A program made the translations under genes and the position numbers. 64,000 nucleotides of DNA from Phyllosticta citribraziliensis (taxonomy: Eukaryota). The notes under the pieces were generated by a model that had not been told where the DNA came from, made no database searches, and saw only the letters and a list, made by a program, of their open reading frames with translations. Numbering within the stretch: position 1 is the stretch's first letter; the number at the start of each line of letters is the position of its first letter. This document shows positions 12,621-24,433 of this stretch, piece by piece. The stretch spans positions 558,001 through 622,000 of the forward strand of contig NW_027117351.1 of the NCBI RefSeq assembly GCF_038025025.1. Direction: 5' to 3'.

Positions 12621-13897
12621 CTGACGGGGAGGAAAGAGAAGAAACGGAGCGTCAGCGTATCTTGAGAACCGGGCTTCGACAGCAACGCCCGAGCAAAGGA
12701 TTGTCGTAAGGAGGTCGAGTAGCCCCTTCAGGCTGAGAGGATCCATCTTGGCCGAGGCTCGAAAGGGTGTCGCAGAAGTGTTCCATGGAGCTCGATCCAG
12801 AATTTGCGTGTGCAGACGCGGCGATGTGGGTCAGGCGCCGGGACCAACGGAGTGAGGTGAGGAGGCAAAGTCTGCGACTGAATCGGCAAGACGGTGTGCC
12901 TGGTGGGCGCGAAGAGACAGGAGAAGACGCCAGACGAGAAGCCGTTTCGCGAGGCAAAGGGAGGACAGGAGAGAGGGTGAACTGATGGCTAGGTAGACGA
13001 GGGAAGTCAGTAATTTGCAAGACCTAGTCGAGATTCCAGTACTTGCCAGTCACATCATTTGTGTTGAAGGTCCAGCTGCGGCGTTGCATTTGGAAATGAG
13101 CGTAAATGCGGAAATGCGAGCATTTTGTCGGTAGGGAATCGAGGCAAGACTCAGAAAGTGGTTTAATAGATGAGGCCGGAGCTGCGCCAGACGAGGACAA
13201 GTAGAGAAATGGAGGTTGTGGAGAGAGTGCATTGGAGAGAGAGAGAGAGGGAAAATGACAAGGGATGGGGAGGACCGCCTCTATATCACTGCGGATCGAA
13301 TGCGACAGCGCGGCAATAGCACCTCCGGTCGCAAGAACCAACCCGAGAAAGAGGCTGTGCACTGCCCGGCTGGGTAAGAGCCTCGGGAAATCTGGCGTCA
13401 GGATCCTGCAGCAGGCACCCATTTCTTCAGAAAGACCGTCGAGGGCTTCCTTCGGGTCCCGACATTGCTTCCCAAATTGGTGATCTGCCGACGTATTTGC
13501 TACCCTTAGCAAGTTCCCTGAGGGAGTTGGTCAGGCAACGAAGGCGTCACTGGGGTGGTAGACAAATGCTTCCAGGGCGTCGCGAGATGGCGGATGACTG
13601 CTCCCACGGGCGAAGCAGAATTGCGACTTTGATGGTTTGATCACTCAAGCAACCTGGCACATATGTACTCAGACACAACTCTGTCATTACAATGCTGTAG
13701 TCTACAATACAATGAACAAAGAGCAAACCCTACCGATGATGGGTATCCACCGAAGACTCGGCTGAATAAAGTGAATGACGTCTCTGCGTTGGCCAGGACT
13801 TGCTTGTCCTGTTTCCAGCCGACACCACGAGGAGGTGCAGAGTCCGATTTCGTCGGCCTGGGCGAGAGGAAGGTGAGGAAGCGAGCGTGTGTAGGAA

Positions 13898-14210
13898 GAG
13901 CGAGCGAATGAAGGAAAGGAGGGTAGCGAGTGACGAGGACCGAGCGAGCGAAGGAAGGAAACCAGGCCAGAGGACAGAACGAGCGAAGGAAGGAGACCAG
14001 ACAACGAGTGGCCAGAGCAGAGGACAGAGCGAGCGATTGAAGGAAACGAGGCAATGAGTGACCAGGGCGGGAAGGAGAGCGAGTGAATGAAGGAAAGGGC
14101 CAGCGAGTGACAGGGCAGAGCGAGCGAATGAGGGAAAAGGGGCAACGAGTGACAAGGGCAGAGACCAGAACGAACGAATGAAGGAAGGGGACAACGAGTG
14201 ACAGAGTGCC
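13898..14210 (+). repeat. Degenerate purine-rich minisatellite, about 7 units of 35-50 nt
   Basis: Recurring GAGCGAGCGAATGAAGGAAA...CAACGAGTGACA. Confidence 0.85.
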
Positions 14211-14715
14211 AACGGAAAGAGGAAAACGAACGACCCATGCCTTGCCTTCGACACGAGCGAAGCTGCACAAAGCGTGAGCGCAAATCAGGAAGGGGAATGA
14301 AGTCATGAACTTACCACAAGCATGCAAGGACCCCGCGTTACCACCGCTCCAGCACCAACACTCGCAAAAACCAACCCAAACGAAGCTGGAAACGTGTTAG
14401 CAGTGGGCAGTGAGCAAGAGACGGCGAACTTACGACGACCAACCGGTAACGAGTGACCCCCAATACACCACCCAGCTCCCACGAGCCTTTTTTAGCCTCC
14501 GCGATTATACCTTTTGAACTTTTTTTGGTGGAAACCAGAGGCTTCCGAATACCGATGACCAAGCGTTTTAGAGGAATGGCCATCGGGTTGAGCACGTTCG
14601 GCGAGTGTCGAAGAAGTCCTTGGGACGGTCTGCCAACCGATGAATTGTCGGACTTCGACGACGAGGTTCCGTAACGATGCTCGATGTGCGCCGGGTTGAA
14701 GGACGGGCACGGGAG

Positions 14716-15100
14716 TTGTGACAAGACGCCAGGGTTCCGTTGCTCGGTGGCGAACGGTGACTTTGCGCCTGTCGTGACGAGGTAGAGGACACGCCAGGGT
14801 TCCGTTGCTCGGTGACAACGATGACTTTGCGGCCTCTAGAGGGAGGTGACGAGACGCCAGGGTTCCGTTGCTCGGTGGCAACGATGACTTTGCGTCCGTC
14901 GGGATGCCGTGGATGTCGAACGGCTGAGGGAGGAGAATGTCGAGGATGACGAGACGCCAGGGTTCCGTTGCTCGGTGACAACGATGACTTTGCGTCCGTC
15001 GGAATGCCGTGGATGTCGAACGGTGAGGAAGGAGAATGACGAGGATGACGAGACGCCAGGGTTCCGTTGCTCGATGGCAACGATGACTTTGCGTCCGTCG
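14716..15100. repeat. Array of 5 palindromic units sharing a 41-nt core
   Basis: Core ACGCCAGGGTTCCGTTGCTCGGTGRCAACGATGACTTTGCG starts at 14726, 14791, 14854, 14954 and 15053 (spacing 65, 63, 100, 99). Confidence 0.92.
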
Positions 15101-15113
15101 GAGGCGAGGGAGC

Positions 15114-15889
15114 TCAAGCCTGAGAAGAGAAGCGGGTGGCAGCACGTCTGACCATGCGCGGCGCCTCCGTGAGGTCGAATTGGCGGCTCCTTGTGAGTAC
15201 GGGAGCCCAGCGGACGGAGCGCGGCGGATGGGGAGCGGCCATGGGAGCGGAGAAGTCGAGGATCGGGTCTGGTGAGATCTCCAGGTCGTCCTCGTGCACC
15301 TCGCGTGCTTCGCCCACGACACGCGCCGCGTCTTTCTTGATGAAAGCGTCGAGACGCCCTGGCAGCTGCGGGTCCTCGTGTTCGCGCTTGAGGACCTCGA
15401 CGCGGAGGCTGGCGAAAGTCTCCCAGCTGACCTCCCCCTCCGGTTCCGAATGCTTGCGCTCAACCGGAGGATCCCTGAGGAAACCGAACCGAGTGAGCGA
15501 CCGAGGTTTCGGGCGACGGGCAGGAGCAGGGGCAGGAGCAGGGGTGGGAGGGCGACGCAGAATGGGACGAGGCTGAGGACGGGGCTGAGGGCGGGCTGGG
15601 AGATGCTGGGGCTGGGACTTGGGCTGGGGCTGGGGCTGGGGCTGAGGACGGGCAGTGGGCTGTGACCGGGCCACACTGGAGACCGTTGGGCGGGCGTACG
15701 AGGGAACGGCAGGCTGGGTAACGGAGCCTGCAGAAGGTCGCGGAGCTTTGCAAGGTCAGACGAGTCAAAGCAAGACATGCACGCGACAGCATTCATACCC
15801 TGACCAGTCTTGCGGGCGCGTGGCAGCACGCTCGCTCGGACCGGTCGGGCAGAAGCAGAGGACGAGGACGAGGTCGAGGAAGACGACAT
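15114..15889 (-). CDS. Orphan Ser/Pro-rich protein, two exons (15889-15799, 15745-15114), about 240 aa
   Basis: Intron GTATGA..CTGAC..AAG joins MSSSSTSSS..RKTGQ in frame to APRPSAGSVTQPAVPSY..(PQ)n..RFGFLRDPP..RFSSQA*. TATATAAA lies upstream, and protein-level similarity to the 12 kb copy supports this frame. Confidence 0.65.
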
Positions 15890-16263
15890 GATGACTGTTT
15901 GCAGGTAAGCATCGCTGTCTGTACTGTGAGAATGGATTCTGATGTGAAAATGTGTGTTTCATTGTCTACATGAATGTGCTGGTGTTGGGAGATGCTGTTG
16001 CTGGGGGATTGCTGTGTGGTGAGCGTGTGAAACAAAGAAACTCAACAAACCAACCGTATGTCGCTTGAGAGGCGGACGGGTACGGTCGGTCGGATCGACT
16101 GAAGAGTCGAGTGCTCGCAGCGAGATCAGAGGCTTTCGAAGCTGGCAGGCGACGGAAGCGTGATCGGATCGTGATATCGTCAAGAGCAGGCAGCAGGCGA
16201 CGATGAGCGATGCGAGCGGGAGGAAGAGGAAGAAGAGAGGTCGCGGCGGGGGGAGAGGAGACC

Positions 16264-16271
16264 TTTATATA
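16264..16271 (-). promoter_or_regulatory. TATA box of the orphan gene
   Basis: Minus strand reads TATATAAA followed by a CT-rich tract, about 375 nt upstream of the ATG at 15889. Confidence 0.5.
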
Positions 16272-16319
16272 CTCAGAGGCATCGGCACTACGACCGAAAG
16301 AGAGTAGCGTTGAGAGAGC

Positions 16320-16575
16320 GAACTACGGCTCGTTGCGTAAGAAAATCACAAGATGAAGAGGAGAGAGGGGGTTGGGAGAGCAAACCACGGTTCGATGCGC
16401 AAGAAAATCACGAGATGAAGAGGGGGAGGGGGCGTTGTTTCGTAAGAAAATCACAAGATGAAGGAAGGGGCTGAGCGTTGGGAAATCAAACTGCGGTTCG
16501 TCGCGTAAGAAAATCACAAGACGAAGAGGGGGCTGGTGCGTTGAAAAGGCGAGCTGCGGTCTGTTGCGTGATAAT
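16320..16575 (+). repeat. Tandem array with core CGTAAGAAAATCACAAGATGAAG
   Basis: Cores at 16336, 16398, 16441 and 16504, plus a degenerate remnant near 16567. Confidence 0.88.
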
Positions 16576-19391
16576 AAGGTAGAATCATAAGACGAATAAA
16601 GGGAGTGGAGGGGTTCCGACTTGCCGACCGGGCTGGAGTCATAAGGACACCAAGGGGTATGGTTCCGCAGGCGCAGACTCCCCGCACTGAACAATACCCA
16701 TGAATGTCTCTCCGAGGGCTGGCCATAGACATGTGCTTGCGCAACAACTTGTCAGAAGTTGTATGTTCGAGGCGTCTTTTCTCCAGTTCGCAATTTGACA
16801 CGTTGTGCAAGCGAAGGTTTTCCATGAGATTGTTGCGTCCAAGACTGTGAGAATAGCAATGGAATGGAGAAGAGAAGAATGAAATAAGGTGACATGAGCC
16901 AGCATAAAGCAGGAAGTTTTTCTTAGCTCGAAACGACTGTGAAAATTGTAAGTGAATTGTCGAGAAGAATGAAAAGGAAAAGGCCTGAAGATGGCGCTTG
17001 TCGAAGCAATGAAGATGAAGTCCCGGATGACCACAAGCCGTCGGATTACAACGGCTCCAGGATTCGAAGATACGGCAGTGCAATCATCGAGAGCTCTTTG
17101 ATGTCTTTGCCACGCTCTGGTCCGATTGATCATGGAAAGGCGCCGTTCTGCCAGCGTTGTTCCGAGAGTCGCAGCATGCTCGCAATTTCTGCATTCCGGT
17201 TGCCGCCGGTCGCATGTTGCTCAGTGCTCGTAGTCCGCGACCGTGGGAGCATGGAACACCAAGGTAGAGGTCGAACGCCCACAACACGACGTCTTTGGGC
17301 GTGGAAGGAAAGCAGAGAGTTCACGATACGTCGATTCAAAGTTTGGAGAAACTCGCTTACGTGCTATTTTAAGAAACATCCCCTGCAAGTGTGACGCCAC
17401 AACCGAGCCGGCCGCTGCATTCCTTCCTGCTGGCCCGCCAAACGACGCCTTTGACCAACTCTGATCCAGCATCTCTAGACCCTGTTTTTGTGCACCTCTC
17501 TTCCAATAAGGTCTGCGAAATTCATCGCGTTCCGACCGGCTCGAGACACGTTCCACCGAGGAGTCTTCTCATACCCTGCGACCTTACAAGTCGACGGAAG
17601 GATGCAAGCGGTGCACTATCGGCTACAAAGCACAGAAACTACGCCATCCAGCGTTTCTTTCTCTTCCTACGTCGAGATCGCATTGCTACCGAAAATCGAG
17701 GTCCTGTTCCACAAAGCCAGCGTGGCCGACCGTCGGTCTCAGTCGACGCAGACAACTCGACAACAACGGTGAGCAGAAAGAGTCGTGTCGTAGGGCTACC
17801 CTGTCGATGATGATTACGAGATTCACGTTTTGCGGCAAGTCCAGGCCGTCTCATCTCGCGATTGACTAGCAACGATGACCACACTCGCCCTCCGCTCGAG
17901 CCTCATCTCGTCACCAGAGTCGACGTTCACTCGCCATAACACTGCGAATATGACGACCGCGGGACGACGTGTAGTGGCAGAGCGAGAGTTCGCGTCCATG
18001 ACCTAAAGGAACAGCACTAAGGCTTCATGTCCCTCACATTGGTGATGACAGGACGGCCTCAGGCTTCAAACCCTTCGGAATCATGGTGACGCTTCAATAC
18101 ATGCCATACTCATTTCCACTTCGCGGAGCGTTGGCCTTATGCCACTTTCTCTTCACTGCGTGCAATACACACGCGCTGCAAGTAGACTTGTATCCCGTTG
18201 CCATGGGAACCGGACGTATTGGGGACGCTTGCCCCTTTTCCGAACCTCACCTTGGCTGCGCTGCACGAGTCGTGCAAGTTTTGATGTGATTTTTGGAGTT
18301 TTTCTGATGTGAAATATTCATGGAGATTCGCCTATAATTATTTGATGCATTGGATGTACTTTGCAGGGTGGAATGTTGCGTTGTAAACTTTTTGAATTTT
18401 TGTTGCAAAACTTGGTAGATTCAGAAATTAAAAAAGATCAAAGAATACTAAGCATCAGCACAACGCGCTTCAGGGGATGGAAACTGCTGCGAATTCGTCT
18501 ATATTTAGATTACTAGAGAATAAATAAACAAGCAGCTACTTGGTCATCAGAACTCTGCGCCCAAAGCCTGTTGTACATCAATCACCCGGTAGCAAGATGC
18601 GCAAAAAGCCCATAGAGTGACGCCCCTGACCAATCCAACCATCTGCTCCTGCCATATCCTGCAACTACCAGTCTACCATGCCTCTCAGTTGTCTCAGCGA
18701 TACCATCAGCGCAGTCAGCCCACGGCACCATCTGGTGCTAGATCCTACACTCTACCGCGCACCCACCGCATCCCTTGAGGCCCCATCGAAGACCACCAGC
18801 ATCACCACTTCCTCCACCACCAGATTACGAATCTTGTCTACGCTCCTCACATCGCACACGAATACGCGTTGACGAGCGAAACTCGCACGTTCTGCGACTG
18901 CTGGCAATAGGGCAACATGGTGGAGCAACGCCGACGAAACAGGCGTTGCGGTTCGATTATTTCGCAATACGTCACGGGTGTCCGACATCAGAGAGCGAGG
19001 ACAATGGACTTGCATGGGCGAAGGCAACGAGCGATTTTGAAAGGTGCAGGGGCATCTAGCATGGCCAACTCGTCTCGTCTGCTCGTCTCAGGGGGTAGCT
19101 GAAGGCACGCAAGAAGTGCCGCGCTCATGGGTAAGCTGGGACGAACACAGGGGCTTACGGCAAGACCTGCAGCGCAGCAACAACGGCAAACAGCTTGCAT
19201 CCAGCGAGAGAGAATCCGTCGTTTCTAATACATCAAACGCAAGCGTCATCTACCTTTGCCTGGGCGAAGCCAACCCACCACATACATACGCACCTCACGC
19301 GATCGCAAGGAACCAGGGAATCACAAAACCAAATCGACAAGTCCACGCCGCACCCTCTCACCGTCGCACCGACCACCCCGCAGCGCTCAAT

Positions 19392-22300
19392 CTAGATACT
19401 GGCTCTACGAGGCGCCATGGTGCGCCTCAGCCTCTTCTCCTTCTCGCCCTCCTCCGCAAGGCCCAACGTGCCCTCCTCCCTCAGACGCGCCAGAAACTCC
19501 TTGCCATACTTGTACCCGACGTCGTAGATTTCGTCAAACTTGGCAAAGTCAAGGGTGCCGTACGCGTCGATAGGCGGACGCATGTAGCGGCAGCCCTTCA
19601 TCGTCTTCGCCTTTTCGAGCGCATCGACGGAGCTGACGTACGCGAGGCGCGCCTGGATGTCGGAGAGGGTGGGCGGGTTGGGGTACGCGGAGAAGGGGTT
19701 CCAGCGGTTGATCAGCGCCCAGAAGCCCGAGAGGCTGTCGCCAAACGCCTGTGGTGTGTCGTCGTCGAGGCTGCCCACGTCGATGGCGAAGATGATGTCG
19801 GCGCCCAGGCTCTTCATGTGCGACACGGTCAGGTTGTCGACGTAGCCACCGTCGACGAGCATGGAGCCTTCGTCGCAGAGCGGCGGCAGCAAGCCCGCTA
19901 GCGTCATCGAGGCCCGCACGTACCGCCACACGTAGCCTGAGTTGTGAATCTCGGAGCGCGACCGCGAGATGTTGGTCGTATTGCAGTAGAACTCAAGCCA
20001 AAAGTCTTCGATTTGGCTGTTGCCGAACGTCTTGAAGATGCCGCGGTTGAATTCGTGACCGGTGGTGTACGAGGCGCTGTGGGTTTGGTCAATTATCTGG
20101 TCTTGGAAGCAGAACTGATGAAGTACTTACGAAGGATAAGTCAGATCCAGGGCGAACCGCCACATACTTCCCATCCGTCCGGCAAACTTCTTTGCCCTGC
20201 CGTACATGGGCACAACGTCTGCATCCCAGGCATATAGGGCGCCAATAAAGCTGCCAATGCTGGTGCCTCCGACGATGTCGATCGGGATGCCCGTCTCTTC
20301 CAGCGCTCTGATGATTCCCACGTGGGCAATACCTCTTGCGCCACCGCCGCCCAGCACCAAACCCACGCTCTTCCCGCACAGGCGGCGCGCAAGTCGATGA
20401 AAGTCGCCCTTGAACGGGGTTTCGGCAGAGTACAAGGGTGTCTGGCGCATGCGTTTCGAAGTGTACTTTTGGATTTCTGCCTGCAAGACTTGGACTCTGT
20501 GTTTGAGGGCAGTGCCGAAGCGTCTATGTGTCGGATGTACAGGTTCTGGTGCCGTTCGGAATGCCATTTGAATGTGGTGATGGCTGCCGTTGATCCACAT
20601 TCGATTGCGGAGCCATTTGCGCGTGAGACCAGGGGGGCAGTACCGCTCGGAATGCAATAGTACGAGCTCTTTTCTTGCCGTCGTCTTGGTTGTGAGGAGA
20701 AAGCGTTCGTATTCGCCAATGGCTGGTGAGCTCTCTGCCAACCCGACGATGAGGATACAGTCAGCCTGGCTTATGCAGGTTTGCGTCCAGGGCGACTTGA
20801 CATTGGTGTCAGCCACGTAGAGCACCATGCTGTACTTCTCTTCAAGATCCGCAAGGTACTGAGAGAGTTTGAGCTTTCCCATTCGACTAAAGGCATGTCT
20901 GCCCAGGTGATTGAGGATCGCTGCTTGGTTGAGAGAAACAACTCTGTTCGGAAGGCCTATTTGCTGTAGCGCATTGACAAGTCGGCCCGCAAAGTCTACG
21001 ACAGGAATGCCCGTAGTCACAGGCAAAACAGCCACAGTGCGAAGGTTGGCCGTCGAAGAAACATTCGTCTTCAATCCGGCTGTCCGTTCAGCTGCTTGCT
21101 CATGTGGGTCTTCCATCAGCTTGCGCATTCGACTTGCGATAATCTTCGAAATTTTGATGGTGATGCCCGGATGCTCCAGCGCGAGACTGTTGAATAGCGT
21201 CTTGGGGAATTTGGCCACCTCGGTGTCACGGATAGCGTGGAGAGACGCCGGGCGAGTGGATTCAGTCAAGACCTCGAGCTCACCCACGCTGTCACCTTGG
21301 CCATATTCTCCAATGACCGTCATGCCCTTTTCCTCTGTTTCCTTGATGGCTCGTAGACGACCATTCAGAACAATGTAGATCGAGTCGCTCTCGTCGGCTT
21401 GATTGTAGATGATTTGACCTGCATTGACCTGCACCCACTCAAGGGCAAAGTCAATGTGCAGAATCAGTCGAGGAAGCAAACTGGTCAGGCGTTTGGCCAT
21501 CGTCAAGAGAACAACAGGATATCTGTCCACGATGCGCTCGATCGAAGCGCGCGGCAAGAAGCCAACGTACACATCTGTCTTTGCAGTAACATCGACAAAC
21601 GATCGATAAGAGGAGACTGTCCCAAGGTAGCCAGCCAGACCACCGGGCTTGGTGAGGAACAGACTTTTTCTTGTCTGCCTTTTTTTCTTGTGGTCGGGGT
21701 GCTTTCCAGTAGAGCCAATCGACGATCCTGTCGTCGTCTTGTGTAATGCTGACCCAAAGATATCGGAAGAGGTGACTCCAGAATGTCCGGCAGCGCTATC
21801 GTGGGAGAAAGTGCCAAGGATGTCGTCGTTATTCTCCCCTTCGACCGGCATTCCCACATCCAAGAATCCATCAATGACGTAGTATAATCCGGGATTGCGC
21901 TCGCCTTGTTCTACAAGAACAGAGCCTTGGGGGAAAAAGACGATTTCGACATCATTGACGAGCTCTTCGTGAATGCTCCGCGAGTCTCTCATACTCATTG
22001 ATGAAAGCGGCACCGATGCAGCAGACTCCGAGTCACCATCAACAGATGCCTCGTAAGGGTCGATGAAGCCAAACGCATTACTAAACGTCGCCCTTTGTCG
22101 CTTCGAATCAAATGAGACGAGACGAGGGGACTGCTCGACCGAGTCGGCCTTCATTATCGGATTCTTCGTGTTTGTCAACCCTATTGCTTTGAGCATGCAC
22201 TCGAGGACAGATTCGCGGAATATTGCATCCTCATCGAGTGATTCCTGGCGTTGAAGAGGCATGCGGCTTGGAGCGGCGACAAAAGGATTGAACTCGCCGC

Positions 22301-24133
22301 CAGTCAGGGGCGTGTGGGCCGGCTTACGGCCAGGAGCAGGAGAGGTCCCAGAGGGTTGTGACAGAGTCGTCATTGGACTGATTCGACTGCTTCTTCCGCT
22401 CGACAGATTCGTCAAGAGGTCACCTTTGCAAGGTCAATACATTTCTTACATGATTGGATTGAGAGACAGACCTGCGCTCACACCATGTCGATCAGATTCT
22501 TGTGGGCTCATCGTAGCGCTCCGCCGCACAACTTCTGGCGTAGAAGCCAAGCCCGTCGATGGACGTGGTTGAGGTCGGGATGAGGCCAAAACATCCTTTC
22601 TCAGTCCACTGCTGGATCTTCGCCTGCGAACAGCCCCTGGGTTGTGAAGAGCAATTCCGTTCGTCCATTCCCCATCCCCGAGCCGCTGACGTTCCTGCAG
22701 GAATCAGCATAATCGATCATATCCACAGGGGAGTGACATACCCTCGCAAACTTTTCTTTCAATCGTTGGAGAGCAGCATCCCGCAGAAACCCCGGCAAAT
22801 CATAGGTGGTGTACTTGTTCATGAGTCTCTCTGTTCGAAGGACTTCACTAGTCAGCCCCAGGTAGGTGTGACCTGTTGAGAGAGTCACGCGTTGAAGCCT
22901 TGTCAAAATCACCTGCACAATATGCGCAGTTGCCCTTGGGTACAAGCGTGTCAAACGTTTGAAAGCACTTGCGGGAATGACGGCGATTGTTGTGTCGACA
23001 GTAGCTCTTGCGACAATATCCGGATGAGCAGACTTGAGTTTCCTAGTGCGCGAGTCGGATGTGGTCCTCTTGTGCCTCATCGGCTCTTCTCCATCTTGAG
23101 CCGTGTCCAAAGAAAGGGACGGTATTCTTGGAAGGCGGCCACCCACAGTCGGACTGGCAATCGAGGATGCGCGCGTGTGTCTATAATCCGTTCTGGGTGA
23201 CATGTGAGGACTTGGATGACCTGATTGTGGAGTACTGGCCCCGGTTTCGCCTGGTTGTTGAAAGGGAACACCGCCGGCAGTGGTCGGCGTTGAGTCTACT
23301 CCACTGTCTTCGTCATGTCGAAGTTTTACATCTTCGGTGAACAGCGAGAGTATCGAAAAGAGCGAGGACATGGGCGCTCCGTTCTTAACCTCGGTGAGAA
23401 GCTGATAGCCCTGTTGGTGTCCCTGACCTTTGCCGTCATCCTCGTCGGAGCTCTCTGATCCAAGGCCCGAGTCCACTGATGCGTCGTCGCGATTCGATTT
23501 CACAAAGATTTGAACCAAGCCGTCTACAACCAGGCAAAATCCCTTTTCTTCCTCTAGCAAAAGTGTTTCTCCAGCAATCAACTTTCGTGTTTGCATTGTT
23601 CTCGTCAATTCATGAAAGACGGGCCGTTCGAGATAACCAAAGACCTTGATGGCGCTAAGAAACTCGTCCAAGTAATTGGACAGTCCCCGCTTCGAATCTC
23701 CCTCTTGTGTATCCGGAAATACTTCGACGTGGGGCTCCTCGCGTTGCGGCTCGGGGGGCAAGCGGGTGTACATGTTGAGGAAACGATAGCGGACGATCCA
23801 GCTCACGGTGGAGCCAAAGGCGAGGAATATCATGACCCTGAGGAGAGGTTAGAAGTGTCACCAGAAGAAGCAAAAAAATCGGTCTCACAAGGTCGTAGCG
23901 TTCATCGTCACAGTTAGACTCATGGAAGCCACGGTGAAGATCCATGTTGGCAAAGTGATGGTGCCAAAAGTAATGATCCAGAAGAGAAGGCCAGGGATGA
24001 CTTTAAGGATAGCGAGGAGCAAGCGGCCGAGGAGTCCAAGGCTGGACGACGAATTTTGAGCTTCGGCAATAGCATTAGTCGCAGCGGTGCTGGTCTGCGC
24101 CGCGAGGGCAGACCAGTTTGTCGACGCGTCCAT
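19392..24133 (-). CDS. NTE1: Lysophospholipase NTE1 (patatin-like, cyclic-nucleotide-binding domains)
   Basis: N-terminal TM segments, cNMP-binding-like domains, patatin motifs [16 protein letters not shown] and [11 protein letters not shown]-terminus [11 protein letters not shown]. Multi-exon. Confidence 0.95.
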
Positions 24134-24433
24134 GTCCGAGACGGTGCTCGAAACGGGGCAGAGGCGGAGAGTGAGTATGCATCAGCCGGGCTACCAGGAC
24201 AGCAAAAGAAGAGACATGACTGTCAGAATTTGGCGGGTTTCCTGGAGTCCAGAGCAGCTCCCACCAAGGAAGCCGGACGGAGCTTGGTGACGGCGACGCT
24301 CACCCCGGACTAACGTGCTGGCGCCTCCATGTGGCCCGAGCTCGGAGGTCGACTTTCCAGTCCGTGGCCGCCGACGCGTACCAGTAGCTCTCCAACAGCA
24401 CCGCGAGCCTGCATTCAATTCTTAGCTTTCACC

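Noticed and set aside
13641..14327. Several 170-230 aa ORFs over the minisatellite
   Set aside because: They are low-complexity translations of a stop-poor repeat in multiple frames.
14716..15100. CRISPR array interpretation of the repeat-spacer pattern
   Set aside because: The context is a fungal nuclear genome with no cas genes. Spacers are unequal in length, two are near-identical to each other, and they pair with their own flanks.
14716..15100. Hammerhead or HDV-like ribozyme
   Set aside because: No CUGAnGA/GAAA core or HDV-type nested pseudoknot was recognisable by eye on either strand.
14492..15889. 465-aa unspliced ORF
   Set aside because: It reads through a canonical intron and the repeat array. 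Paralog similarity lies in a different frame, reached only by splicing.
16600..18300. Possible decayed transposon coding sequence
   Set aside because: Only short ORFs are present, with no RT, integrase, DDE transposase, helicase or tyrosine recombinase motifs recognised.
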